This document shows, piece after piece, positions 25,852 to 44,184 of a DNA stretch of 60,000 bases. Each line of letters starts with the position of its first letter. Within the stretch, counting starts at the first letter, position 1. The stretch is from contig NC_058369.1 of the NCBI RefSeq assembly GCF_018350175.1, positions 19,160,001-19,220,000 of the forward strand, read 5' to 3'. The stretch comes from Felis catus (lineage: Eukaryota). A program made the position numbers and the translations under genes. The notes under the pieces were generated by a model, which was not told the origin of the DNA, did not search any database, and was given only the letters and a program-made list of their open reading frames with translations.

Positions 25852-28199
25852 TCAGAGGCCATCTTCTATTTGGGTGTTGAAGGAGAAGTAAGAGACTGCT
25901 GAGAAGGAGGGACAGGGTCAGGAACTAGGAGGGCAGAGGGCCAGGGAAGGGAAGGCTGGTGTGTTCTCAGAACAACAGGAACACATGTGGCCAGCCAGGT
26001 GCTTTGGGGGTGGGGGGGTGGGGGGGCGTGGCAACTGGGACAAGGATCACTTTGGGAGGATGTCAGGGAGGCCAGCTGGGTGTGTGAGGGAGGACTCTGC
26101 ACAGTATCTGAGGAGTCAGTGGGTACAGATGCTGGGCTCTGGGGAGGACTGGGTTGGAGGTGAATACAGGCCTCATTCTTGGAGAGGGCTCTTGGGGCAC
26201 CGTGTGAATGATGCGTCAGGGGAAGTGGTGACATGGTGATAGGAGGCAACCTGGCTGGAGGCCGAGAGGACATGATTGAAGAGGGAGGAGGAGAGCAAAG
26301 GGCTGCCAGTACCCTGGAAGGAGAGTCTGAGCCATCCTGGGACCCTAAGTTCTGTTTCATGTGTCTGGCAGTCTCTTGGGCCTGTGTCTCAGTTTCTGGA
26401 GATGGGGGAGTAGATGTGGGGGCTGGGCTGAAAGCTGAGCTAAAGCTCCCCTCGACCCTCCACTCCAGGTGGCTGCCCCCCCACACACACACTGTACTTC
26501 ACGGATGGACATTCCCTCCAATCTCTGGAAGAAGGCACCCCGGCAGCTCTCAGAGTCCCATCCTGGCTTCCAGCTGTCCTGTCACCACAGGCTGGGCTGG
26601 GAGACTCGGCAGGTGGCGGGAAAGGCCTCAGGGCTGTGTTTGCCCTGGCTGGGGCCCAGACCTAGCATCAACAAACAGGCAGCCCCTCCCCCCTCCTGGC
26701 CACAACTAGTCTGGTCCAGGGACCCCACATCATGCTGCCTTCGGGCCACCCACAGCAGCTCAGCCCAGCCGGCCCCTGCTCCCTCCAGTCAGGATAGAGG
26801 ACCCCAACACCCACATGCTGGGTGACCTTGATGCCAGGCCTGGCCCCTCAGGAACTACCAATGGGAGCACTCAGCCCTTTGCAAATGACTTCTGTGAGCA
26901 TCCAGGATGTATGTGGCCAGAAGGTGGGGGAGGCAGACCCTGGTCAGTACCTCTCCTACTGACTGTCCAATGGGCAGTCCTCAAGCCCCTTTGGAGGATG
27001 AGAGACTTAGGGTCCCTCATGACAAGGTGAGCTCTCATCTAGGAATTACACCAGCCCCAGATCGGGAGGGAAAACCAGTGCCTTCTTATTTTTCAGTCAT
27101 CAGAAGTGCAGGGGCTTGGATGCTCTGAGGGATTGCCACCATCCCGGTGCCTTTCCCTTTAGTCCTCCCAGCTCCCTGGCACTCCCAGCCAAAGCTGAAT
27201 CCCCTGCCCTTAACTCACATCTTCCCCTTCATTCACTCCCCTCAGGCCACAGCCATTTCCCTGTAACACAGAGGGAAACTGAGATAGGCTAGGGCTTGGC
27301 TGTGATGGTGCTGTGAGTCAGTAGGAAGAGAATCCAGGAGTCCTGCCTGACTCCCAGCCCAGGACAGGGGAGAAGTTAGGCCTGTCCCCTGAGGGCATTC
27401 CCCCCTACCAGGAGGGGGGCAGACATGACACAGAGACGTCCAGCTTGGCTAAGAACAGCAGAGGCCATGGGATTAATCGGATCAGAGCCAGTGGCTGAGA
27501 AGCAAGGGACACAGCTGTTCTGGGAACCCCCCCCCCAGCTCACCCCCAAGGTCAGGCCTCTCCCAGCTCCCTGCTGGGTAGGCCTGGGGGCCCTTAACAC
27601 CTACCACCCTGAGCACCAAGGTCTTGGGTGGGAAGCAGGCAGGGGTGGGATAGGAGCCCCTAGCCAATAACAGCACGCCCTAAAACCCCTCCTCCCAGGG
27701 CACTGAGTCCCAGGCCCTACTTCCCACGGGCAGACATAGCTGTCAATTATTCCTTAGAAATACGGAAATGGGAGGCATGGCCAAGGGAGAGCCCAACAAG
27801 GCGAAGCACAAGCCCAGCGTTGCTCCCCTCCTGTCCTCACTGACCCTACCCCTGTCTGTTCCAGTCTCAATCTCTTCTGAATATCTGGGATGAAGATAGA
27901 AGAATCGATGCAGGAAAAGCCCCCGTCCTCACCCCTCATCCCGTCTCTGCTTGGAAGAGTGAGGCAAGCAGAAAAGACATTTTGTGTCTGACTGATGTCT
28001 GAAAGTTCCCCACTGAAAGCACCCTTCACCGAGGTTAAGCACTGCTCTGTTCGCTTCTGGCCTCCGGAAGGTGAGAGGAGAGCATTTCAAGGGTTAAGGG
28101 AACACTCGGAGACCTCAGAGAGAATCTGCTCTAGATTGAAGCGTTCGCCCACAGGACTCAACTGAGCCCCTCCAGGAGCCGCTGCTCTCCTACCTAGGG

Positions 28200-29320
28200 G
28201 CTCTTTAGCGTTCGGGCTGCCCCTTTGCTCCTGGCGGGCCGGGGCCCCCGCCTCTCCCCAGGCCAGCCCCTCCTCCTGCCCGCCGCCTGGGATTGGCGGG
28301 CCGGGGGCGGGCCAGGGGCGGGGCCGGGCGCCCTTCATCCCCCGTCGCTGTGCTCAGCCGGGAGCAGAGCGGACAGCGCCAGCCTGAGCGGAGCACCGTG
28401 CGTCCCCACCCGCCGGGCCAGGTACCGCTGGGGGCGCCGACCCCCAGTCCAGGGCACCGGGCGGGCAGAGCTCTACTGTGCACCCTCCCGTCCGTAGCTG
28501 GGCTCTGGGCAGCGCCTGTTACCCGTCCCGTCCCGGGCAGACACCCCAGCCTCCCGCGAGCCAGAACCCCGCGCGCTCTGGGCTCAGTCCGGGGACTCGC
28601 CACTCAGGGGTCAGTTCTGAGCTTGAACCGGTATCCTGGGAAAGGCATTTCGCCGCCTCAGGGCCTGTCGGCAGGGCCAGGAGGGACAGCAGGAGGTCAG
28701 CAGCACTCGGGGCTGGGGCCACAGGACGCCTTGTTGGGGGCTCGGGCGGTGAGCGATAGGCTTCCCGAGGCAGGGCCCACGGGGACTAGCTAGAGAGGGT
28801 CCCGGAGGGGGGCCTAAAAGGGCCCGGGAGCGGGCTCTGGAGCGCTGCCCCGACGGGCGCCTGACAGGCAAATCTGCCCGGCTGGCACACCGGGTGTCTG
28901 GGTATATTTATCCCGGCTGCGTTGGGCAGGGGCTTGAGGGCAGATCGGGCCAGGCTGCCTGAGGGGCCGTGGGGCACATGTTGGTCCCAGAGTCCGTGCC
29001 ATTTGCAGCCGGGCCAGCGGGCACGGCAGGAACAGGGCGCGTGTGGCTCCCTGGCCTGAGGGCGGGGCTCTGTGTGCTCTCCTTGCTGCCTCATTCCCCG
29101 GTGGGGGTATAAGAGCTGGCGCCGCGCACGCGGGCGGAGGGAAAGGACCAAAACCGGGTTTGCAGGAGCCCGCCCCCGTTCCATTGGCCCCTTCGATTGG
29201 CCACAGCGAATGCGTGCGTTTGTTTACACCCGGGGAGGGGGAGGCCAGGGGCGGGGCCTGTGGGAATCCTCCCTCTCCCCCCAGGGTGACCTGAGCGCTG
29301 AGCTCAGGTGTAAGCTCTAG
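28200..29320 (+). promoter_or_regulatory. SLC38A3 CpG-island promoter with probable non-coding exon 1 (~28340-28421, donor CAG|GTACCG)
   Basis: High CpG density, ATTGG near 28292, tandem GC boxes at ~28304-28325, and a splice donor at 28422, upstream of the first coding exon. Confidence 0.7.
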
Positions 29321-32300
29321 GACAAGTCTGAAGGGGACTAAGTCAAAGGTCCTTGCACCTTGCACCCGGGGGGACTCCTCGACCCAGGCCCATCCTTCCT
29401 TCAGTCGCCCAGTCCTGTCCTTTCTTCCATGACTTCCTTGGGCCACTGTTCTGGAAGAGGCCTTTGGACCTTCCACCCCTTCCTCTTCAGTAAACAGTTG
29501 CATGGGAGTTCAGTTCCTTCAAGAAAGGAAGAAAACTCCTCAGAGCTTTTCAGTCTGGAGCCTAGAAAGCTGAAGAGATCTGGGGACAGTTCCATTTTGA
29601 GATGGGGAAGTTCTGCACAACCATGGAAGTCTTCCTGCAGGAAGCACTAGATGTAGGAGGAATCAGGGTGGGTGAGGCCAGGCGTGGCACATCTCCAAGA
29701 AGGCTGGAATGACTGGAATCATTCCATGAGAGTCTCTGACCCTTTGGGGTTGGGGACAGGGGACTGGTTCTCTGGGGAGGGGAGGGGTATATGTCTCAGA
29801 ACCTCACTCTGCCTGCGCTCATAGAGGCCATGTCCTCACTGGCTTCTCAAACCACTCTTTCTTCAGTACTGGTTCTTTTGGCCCTCATCACAACCTCACC
29901 ACACACACCCAGTCCAGGGCTCGAGGTGGCCAGACCATGAGAATCAGTTGCTCCTGTCCTGGTGCCTGCTGCCCTAGCAAGTAGCCATGGAACCTTGGGC
30001 AAATAGAGAAAATGAGGCAGAACAGGTCTCTGGGTAGTGTCGGGGAAGGTTTTTGAGCTAAACTAAGTGTACCCTGAAAGTCCAGGCTGGGTGCGGAACA
30101 AACAGGCACTCATTCTAAGGGGAAAGCATGTTTTAGGGGAGTGGTTGGCTGCAAGGGAGGTACAGTTTGGTATCTGTGTGCACAGAAAGCCTGTGTGGGA
30201 TGTGTATACTATGCTGTAGTAAGATAGGAGTTCTGCAGGCACATGATCTAGTTCAGACATGACCAGGGTCCAGGGGCCACTTGGAGCTGGGTTGAGATGG
30301 GTTGGGGGCTTGCCAAGGGCCTTGAACCCATTCTATTCCTTTCACAACATTTGCTGAGCACCTACTATGTGCCCTGCAAACATTCAGTCTGGTGAGTGGA
30401 GGGCTGGCCTTTGACTCTGGATAAGAAGACAGATGCGGTGGTGGGGTGGGGAGGACTCTAGAAGACCAGGCGGGGCTTCTGGGGGCCAAAGGGAAGGACC
30501 AGCTGCTGGGGCAGGAGGGGCTTTCCGGTCAGCGGCCTGGGGTGGCTTGGTTTTGAATTTCCGCTCTGCGGGCCACGTCCTGTACACAGCCTCTCAGCCG
30601 GCACGTCTGCACACGTGCATGACTGCTGAGAATGGGGGTCACCATCACCTCTGTGTATCTTTTCCATTGTGTGGGTAGACAGTGCTGGACTGGGGAGTGG
30701 TGAGCTTTCCAGCTGGGCCTGGACCTGCAGCCCTAGTGGGCTCAGACCCGCTGTCTGGATGTCCCTGCACCTAGCTAATGGAGGCATAACCTGCTCTTGT
30801 AGGAACCTGCAGATGCTGGGCAGCCTTCTTGTGGGGTCCTCCAGGGTTCTGCCTGGCCATCCCTGAAGTGCCCACTGGGCCTGCAGCCCACTCGCCTGGG
30901 CCTCTGTCTCCCTCTTCCCTCTCACTCCTTCTGGGGTCCTCTCTGTCTTTCGTTGGCTGTCTCCCTGTCTCTCTGTCTCTTTTTCCATTTAGCTGTCTCT
31001 GGCTGGTTGGCCATCGCTGTCTCTCAGCTCTCTGGTTGTCTGTCTCTCTCTGTCTCCCTGTCTGAATGTGTATCCACCTTCCTCTGTGTGTATTTTCCTG
31101 TTGGTGTACCTTTATATCCATCTGCATTTCTCTGTCTCCCTGTGCCTCTCTCTTTTTCTGTCCAGATCCGTATTCATGCACTGCATGTATGTGTTTTCTG
31201 CCCTTCCTCTTTCCTTGCCCCTCTCTTCCCTCCCTCTGCCGCTCTGCTTCTGCCTGACATTGAATGGTGCCTCTCCTCCAGGCCAACCTTGCCTTTAGCC
31301 CCTCCCCCCTTCCACTGGGGTCTCCAATGAGTCCTGAGCTGCCCCAGGCCCCTGCTCCAGCTTTCCTTGGGGCCAGAAGTCCGGCTGTCCAAATATTTGG
31401 CCGCCTCCAGGGGATTCCGGGTCAGCAGGGAGGAGGATGGGCTGGCTGGCTCGGGGTCTCCCCTGCCCCTGGGGGGCCACAGGCACGTGATGTCCTGTCC
31501 TTTGCCTTGGCTGGGCCTCCAGCTGCACGTCCCTCTCAGCGGGCTGGCAATGGGGGGAGGGGGCTGCTGCTGGCTCCGGCCCAGTCTTGACCAAGAGGTT
31601 CCAGCTGCAGCCTCCACTGGGGGAGCAAGGAGGGTCCTGGGCTGGGTGGGAGGGGAGGCCTAGGGGTCTGGGGCAAGGTCCAACTCCAGGCATCTGTTGG
31701 GTGTCTAGCAAATGTACCCTGTCACAGGAAAGTCCAACTTCCGGCCCCAGCTGGGCCCCTCAGATCCTCCTAGACACTTCCGGATGCCCAGAACACAGAA
31801 GCACAGACCCCACACACCAGGGCCAAGGAGCTAAACTATGAGGGATCGGTGTTGCCAACACATCAATGTTCTGGGCCATCTTCCTTTCCTTGGATGTGCC
31901 CTCTCCTCCATACCACCCCCCTCAGTACCAGCCAGGTGTTGACCTTGCAGTGGCCATTTGCCCAGTGTTGTTGACGATGAAGGAGCAGTGGAAGGGGTAC
32001 TGGATCTACCGAGGTCAAAATCTGGAGTTGTGCGTCTGGAGGAAGGGCTGGGGGTGCACAGGGCTGTAGTATTCTCCCCTGTTCAGAACACCCTTCCATA
32101 TGCCCTAGCCCTAGCCCCCTGACCTCAGCAATCATCTCCTCACCAATCCCTGGGGCTGTGCCTTGAGAACATACAATTCAGACATGTCCATTGAATCTAG
32201 TTTCCTTGTTGACTGACAGCTTGTCCTAAGATGATGTTCTCCTTCTGAAGCCTGGAGAAGAAGGTGGGCAGGGAGTGCCAAGATAGGAGGGGCACCTTGT

Positions 32301-34569
32301 CTCAGCCAGGAGGGGACTAAGGATGGCTGAGCTGGAACTGAGAGCAGCCTTCATCCCTGAGCCTCCAGGGATAACCACAACAGACCCTCAGGCCAGACCA
32401 GCTGCCTCTCCCCTGAGATCTGGGCTGAGGCTAGGACTTCCCATGCACCAGAAGCCTGGGGACCATGGCAACAAGTTCTATGGGGTCTGTGCCTCGATCA
32501 GCACAGACGGCCAGGAAGGACTGAGGGAAGAACAGTGTGGATGCCTCCCTGTAGCCAGCCTGCCACTGCAGACCCATTTATGTCCCTGAGCATTAGGGAG
32601 GAAAGCAGGGCTCAAGTCCCTGGTGGTTCCAAGGACCTCAATCCTGGGACAGAGAGGTATGTGTCCTACAGCAGCTGATGCAAGCACTGGGCCTGTGGTG
32701 GCCTGGATTCCTGGGCCTCGAAATCTTTAATTAGCCAAACTCAACACCTGCCAAGGTGTGCCTGACAAGTTCTCACCCTGTGATGCCCGCGTGGGCGAGC
32801 GTTACCTACTGCACTATCCCTGTGGCTCCTGGCCTCTCCTAGCCCTTATCTCCCAGCAGAGCAAACAGGGCCCAGGGCAGTGGCCCAGGCCATCGATTTC
32901 CTGCCCAAGTCCATTCTGCACCCATGACCGATGCTATTCTGATGATCTGCCCAAGGTCGCAGTGACAGCCCCACACTAGAGCCTGACCCCTCTCTGGAAG
33001 CCCATGGCATGGTCTGGGACAAAGGCCTTGGAGAGGATCCTCACTCTGTCCCCAGCTTTGCCAAACTTCTGGGGACCTCTGCAGGGCAGGAGGACACGAG
33101 GTCCTGAGTGGGGAATACTCTACCCGTGGTCACACAGTAAGGCAGGGCCAGGCCAGGACTCAGACTCCGAATGTCCACTGTGGACTTTCTCAACAGTGGG
33201 TCAGATTCTGCTGGCAGATTTCCCTGAGTCCACCCTGACTCCCTGATACAAAGGAGCCTGGGAGGTGGTAGGCCTGAGGGATGGGAGCTGTCAGAAATGG
33301 GCTGCCAGCCTCAGGGAATGGCTGAGAGTCCACATGCCAGGCTAGCACTCCACTCTGGCTGCTTAGCCCTTAGCCCTGCCCTACACTGAAGTACAGACTC
33401 ATTGACCTGGCCTTCAAGGCTTTGTCAGGTTTGTCTATAGCCATGGAACCTTCATTCTGCCTCATACCACACCTTAGAGCCTTTGCCCATGCTGTGCCCT
33501 CTGCTTAAGGCATTCTTTGCTATTCCACACTTTTGGGACTCCTGGAATTTCAGAAATGGCTCCATCACCTCCTCTGCCAGGAAGCCTTCCTTGATGCCTC
33601 TCTCCCCCCTTTTTGGAGTCCCAGCACTATGTGGCTCATATTTAGTTGTTGCAGGAACTATAAGGTGGGGGCTATGTTTGGGGATTTTGTCCCTTCCAGA
33701 CCAGAAGCCATTTAGGGAAGGATATTCCATGTCCTCTCTGGGACCTCAAACCAGCCCAAGATCCAGCAGTGACTGGTTGTGAGTATCAGACAGGCTGTGA
33801 AGGTCTAGGCGTAGGTCCTGCTGGGGGGATGGGGAACCTGGAGACAGGAACTCGGGCACTTTGGCCATGACCATGCCATGGGCTGTGGTCTCCCTGGAGG
33901 TAGTGCTGGCTGCTAGGGAAGGATATTAAGGCAGAGAAGGGTGCTTTGTCCAAGCTGCCAACTCAGCACACTCTGAGGGCCTGTCCCAGCCTGCCCAGGG
34001 TGGGAGGCCCGAAAAGGGCAACCCTAGCTGAGAGCCAGGGGGCACTCTGGAGTGACTCTGGAGATGAGGTGCTGGCATCTCCACATCCAGCTGGGATCCT
34101 TGGAGAGGTGCTGATAGTGAGGCTTAGGGCAGAGACTCATCCAGGGGAAGAGGGCACGAGAGATGTTCACATTGTCATGGACCTGAATGGACAGGACTGG
34201 AGGTGAGATGGGTTCAGATGCCAGCATCAGAAGAAAGAGAGGCAGGCCGAGGGGGCCCGAGGGTTCCAAGTGTGGAGTCTCCAGGACCGAGGTTCCTGGG
34301 ATCTGAACTCTGGCCTGGGGCTGCCTGGGGCAATGGTGGGCTGGTCCTCTAGTCAGTTCTGTGTGGCTGCTGCCTCTAGGACACTGGGGCCTGAGGCCTG
34401 AACCCAGCCTTCTGTCCCCACACAAAGCCCCAAGTGCTAAGAACACTGGTGTTCTGGGTTCTAAGTAGACCTGAGACCATCAGGATCCGGAGTGGGGATG
34501 GGGGGTTCAGGGCGGGATTCAGGATTCCCAAGCAGAGGGCTTGTCATGGCACCAAGCCTAGGCTCCGAT

Positions 34570-34694
34570 AGGGACACCTGGCTGGCTCAGTCAGTAGAGC
34601 AGATCACTCTTGATCTCAGAGTTGTATGTTTGAGCCCCATGTTGAGTGTAGTGATTACTTAAAATTAAAATCTTAAAAAAACAAAACAAAAAAC
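34570..34694 (+). mobile_element. Short tRNA-derived carnivore SINE
   Basis: gggacacctggctggctcagtcagtagagc...tttgagcccc...acttaaaattaaaatcttaaaaaaac. Confidence 0.8.
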
Positions 34695-35954
34695 AGGCTA
34701 GGCTGTGGCTGACCTGCATGGCAGTGCTGCCCCCTCCCTGGTCTCGACTAGAGTCTTAGCTTTCCTTCTGGCCTCTCTGGCCTTCAGGATGTTCTTATAG
34801 ATCCTGGGGCACTGTGCCAGGTACCTTCTGGGCATGGGGTAGGTGGCTTCCAGCCCCAGTGATGAGTGGGGGGCCGGGGGGGGGGGAGCTGGCTCCTTAG
34901 AGGCCCAGCAGAACCATGCCCTGAGGGCAGGGAAGGGAGGACTGATCCAGTGACCTAGACTCCTCTACAGCTGCCTAAGACCCTGAGTTCCTGGCCTGGG
35001 GTTCTAGGAAATGGAGAATCTGCTCCAATGGTCCACTACTGGAGGGTGGTCACCTAAGGGATAGGGGTATTCCCCTAGCAGGGGAAGAGAGGCTTGAAGG
35101 AGAACATGGCCCTGAGGTCATGGCTGTGTGGAAAGTGAGGCCTGTGTGGCTCAGAGAATTCGGCCCTGGGACGCTCATTTCCTGGATGGCCCCCTGAGGG
35201 CCCTTTGCAGCCAGGCGGGCAGGGCCCAGGTGTCCAGCCACCCAGCACCGCCTCAGGCCTCCTGGCTCCGGGGGGGTAGCCTTTGCGCCTGCCGTTCCCA
35301 GCGCCAGCTCTCAGACCACAGAAGGCCCTTTGTTCTGGCTGCCAGCAGTGCCCGCCGGGCGGCTGGGAACAGGGCCCACAGCCCTCACCCTCTCCCAAGG
35401 CCTCCAGCCGTCGGGCAGTGCCATTCTAGGTTGGCTAGGAGGCCCCTGGCACACAGGGCCGGCACAGGAAACCGTCTCCTGGTGTTAATGTCAGGGAGGG
35501 GGTGTCAATCCAGGGCCCACCACCAGCGCGGGGTCTGGATTCCTGGGACTCAGCATCCTGGGGTCCAGACACCACTGGACTCTGAACTCAGGTCATCCAG
35601 CTGATCCTCACTTCACAGATGGAGAAACTGAGGTCCCAAGGGCTTGCCTTGACTGGTATGTGAGTGGTGGGGGGAGTGCTACGTACTGGCCAAGGTGTCC
35701 CATCAGGATGTCTTGGAGAACTCAGGTATCTGAGCTCTACTCCCCCAAAAGCAGGTCCCGGGGAGGCAGCAAGCACAGCTGCATGTGCACATAAATCCTG
35801 AGTGAGCTTCTGGGAGGTGTGATAGGCTGTAGACTCCCCATGGGAGGCTGGGCCATGGGTCCTGGGAGAAGGGATAACCAGAGGGACCATTGCTCTGCAG
35901 ACCTTTGACTTGTGTTGGTGTGAGAGTCAGTGCTCCGGGTGGCAGACCCTGACC

Positions 35955-41545
<5,591 letters not shown>

Positions 41546-42860
41546 GAAGACCCCCGGCCTGTTCTGTCTACTCGTCCAAGTACCCCTGCCCAGAGTCTTC
41601 AGCCCCTGCTCCCATCCAGTGGCCAGTCAGCGGGGAGAAGAAAGATGTGGTTAACACTATGGCATTTGTCCCCTGCCTCACGTCTTCTCTGTGGAAGGTT
41701 TTTGTTACAGCCGGGACCAAGGCCCTTGGACCACTACCTTGCTGGGCTCCCGGGCTACAGGGGCTTCCGGAGTTGGGAGCAGGGTGGGGCTGTGCCCTTT
41801 CTCCCTTCCTGTTGCCTCAGATCCCACTCAGGCCCCTGCCCTCCTTGCACAGATGCAAACACTGAGGTCCAACAGCTGCCTACACAGTCTGTAGGGCACA
41901 TAGAGTTGGAGCCCAAGCCTGCAGCCATCTCCCCACCTTGCTGCTGGACCTTGGTCTGCACTCTGGGGCCTCATCTCCCTCAATGCACTTGCCTTCCTCC
42001 ACTTCTGTCCCGGAGGCCCCTTTCAGTCACTTGGACTCAAGCGCTTGGATACTCTCGTCTCCTTCTCCCATCCCCACCACCAGAAGCAGACCACCCCCCA
42101 TACCGGAAGCCATCAAGTTCTTTTAAATGTGAGGCTGGTGTGGGCACCCCCAGGGACCTGCTCCTTCACCAGTCCTGGGGAGGCTGGGACTCCCCCCACC
42201 CCAAGTCTGGGCCGTAGCTCACATTCCATTTCTGGGAGAAGAAAGAGGCTGGGGCCCAGAGCGTCTCTGCCCCTGGGAGCCAAAGACCCCAGGGGCTGAT
42301 CCGGGGTAGGAGTGGAGAAGCTGTCAGCTCCCTTTTATAAATATTATACATAATACCAGCTATGTTGTGTATTCTTGTTCCCCATGGTCCCTGAGCTCCT
42401 GGCAAGTGGGTAGAAGTCGGGACATGGATGGACACGGGAGCCTCTCCTGCCCCCTTCCCTGGGATGAGGGTGGGGATAGGGCCCCTTCCAAACCAGCCAG
42501 TGGCATGCTCAGGCCCAGCTCTGGACCCGGGCCAGGCTCAGCACAGACCTGCTTTCTCACGGGGTGAGGTGGGGAGGAATTAATGAGGCCCCAGGAAATG
42601 GGACAGAGAGAGGCTCCGGAAGGAGGCAACGTGAGGTGCATCCCCAGTAGCTCCAGGGAGGGTCTGAGCAAGGGGGCAGCTGAGCCCTGCAGAAACCCTG
42701 CTGAAGGGCCCCCTGCCCTCCCTGGCTGCCATGTCAATCCTCCGCTAATGCCTTGAGTCTGAGGACAAAAATCCAGGAATTCTGTGAGTTGTCAGGCTGA
42801 TCTTCTATTAATGGTAAAACCCACCGTGAATAAAGGTGGGTTAATGAGTTCCCGTGTTTG
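41546..42860 (+). other. SLC38A3: SLC38A3 3' UTR; candidate ends at the AT-rich block ~42333-42355 (TATAAA variant) or AATAAA at 42829-42834
   Basis: Follows the TAG stop; two candidate poly(A) signals. Confidence 0.55.
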
Positions 42861-43597
42861 GAGCCCTGAGTTTTGAGTAGGGGGTCCAAGGCAGGGCAGG
42901 ACTGGCCTAAAGATGCAGGGTAGTCCCAAGTGCCCTGGCCCCGATGAAACTAGGAAGCTGCTCATTTCCTGGGGCAGGCCTCAACCAGCTGGTACCCAGC
43001 AAGACGGAGCCGCCTGGGCCTTGGCACCAAACCCTCATTAGGAGAGACCCTGCACCCGGCTAGGCCGCCAGGGAAAGGGCAACAGGAAAAATCCAGTTTG
43101 AACTGGCAAGGCAGCTGCCAGCTTGGGAAACCCCTCAAGAAAGAATTTCCTCAAGCTGGTGGCTGGTAGGCCCATGGCTGTGCCAACTGATCAGAGGGGG
43201 GCTTCCTGAGTCTAGTTCCCTTCAGCCCCAGGCGCCTGACTCCAGCCTGGGGACTTACCCAGGAGCCCTGCAGCCCCAGAAAAGAGCCGGACGCTGGCCG
43301 AGAGGTGGCTGCAGCCCAGAGTGTCCTGATGTGAGGGGCTGCCCTCTGGGGGTCTCTGGCTTCCTCCTCATCAGATTAGGTCATAGGCCTGCATGGAGCC
43401 TTTGGCTCCTAGAGAGTGGGAGGCAGTGGAGGACAGGGTTCATCCTGCTGAGAGACCTTGGGGGTCTTTTCTCATACTCTGTCCAAAGAAGGCTGCAGGT
43501 CAGAGCAGCAGCAAGACTGCCTGGATTCCCTAAAAACCCCAGGCCTGGCTTTAGACCTCTCAGACCAAGAGGATGTGTTGACAGTAGGTCCACCTGC

Positions 43598-43599
<2 letters not shown>

Positions 43600-43644
<45 letters not shown>

Positions 43645-43654
43645 ACACACACAC
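43600..43654 (+). repeat. (CA)n microsatellite with CG interruptions
   Basis: Direct read. Confidence 0.95.
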
Positions 43655-44184
43655 GGGGTGGAGGAAGGACTCTGGCCCCCAAGAGGTCTTCTCTGCCTGC
43701 TCAGCAAGGTCTCCTCTAACATGGACCATGAGCAGCATTCTCTAGGGGGGAAGGGGCAGGCAATGTGGCCACTAGACTATACCAAGTGTCCACATGACTG
43801 TTTGAAAATGAATATCTCTTGTTCCTGGCTGTCAAGGTCCAGTCACTCAGCCTCCATAAGGATGGGTCTGCAGGCCCTTGGTCATAGTCATTTTTGTATG
43901 TTTTGAAGAATTTCCTAGGTCTTTTTTTTCCTTCTTTCTTGCTTTTTAAAATTTGCTCTCTTTGGAAATGAACAAGTGAAAGCAGCCAGAAACTCCAGCA
44001 CAAAGGTCTTCTATATTTATTCTCACTGCTTTTCTTATGACCACTTGTAACAGCAAGACAAGATGATATAGGCCAGGAAAAGGGGCCAGAGTCAGCCTTG
44101 GTCTCTTCTGACCAGCAGCTTCCCCCTGCCCACACCCTCCTCACCTGTGTGCACATGTGTACATTCACCTATTGATGGAAGAGG

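Noticed and set aside
30900..31260. Long pyrimidine-rich (CT/TG) tract with hydrophobic ORFs
   Set aside because: Low-complexity sequence; the translations are compositional artefacts.
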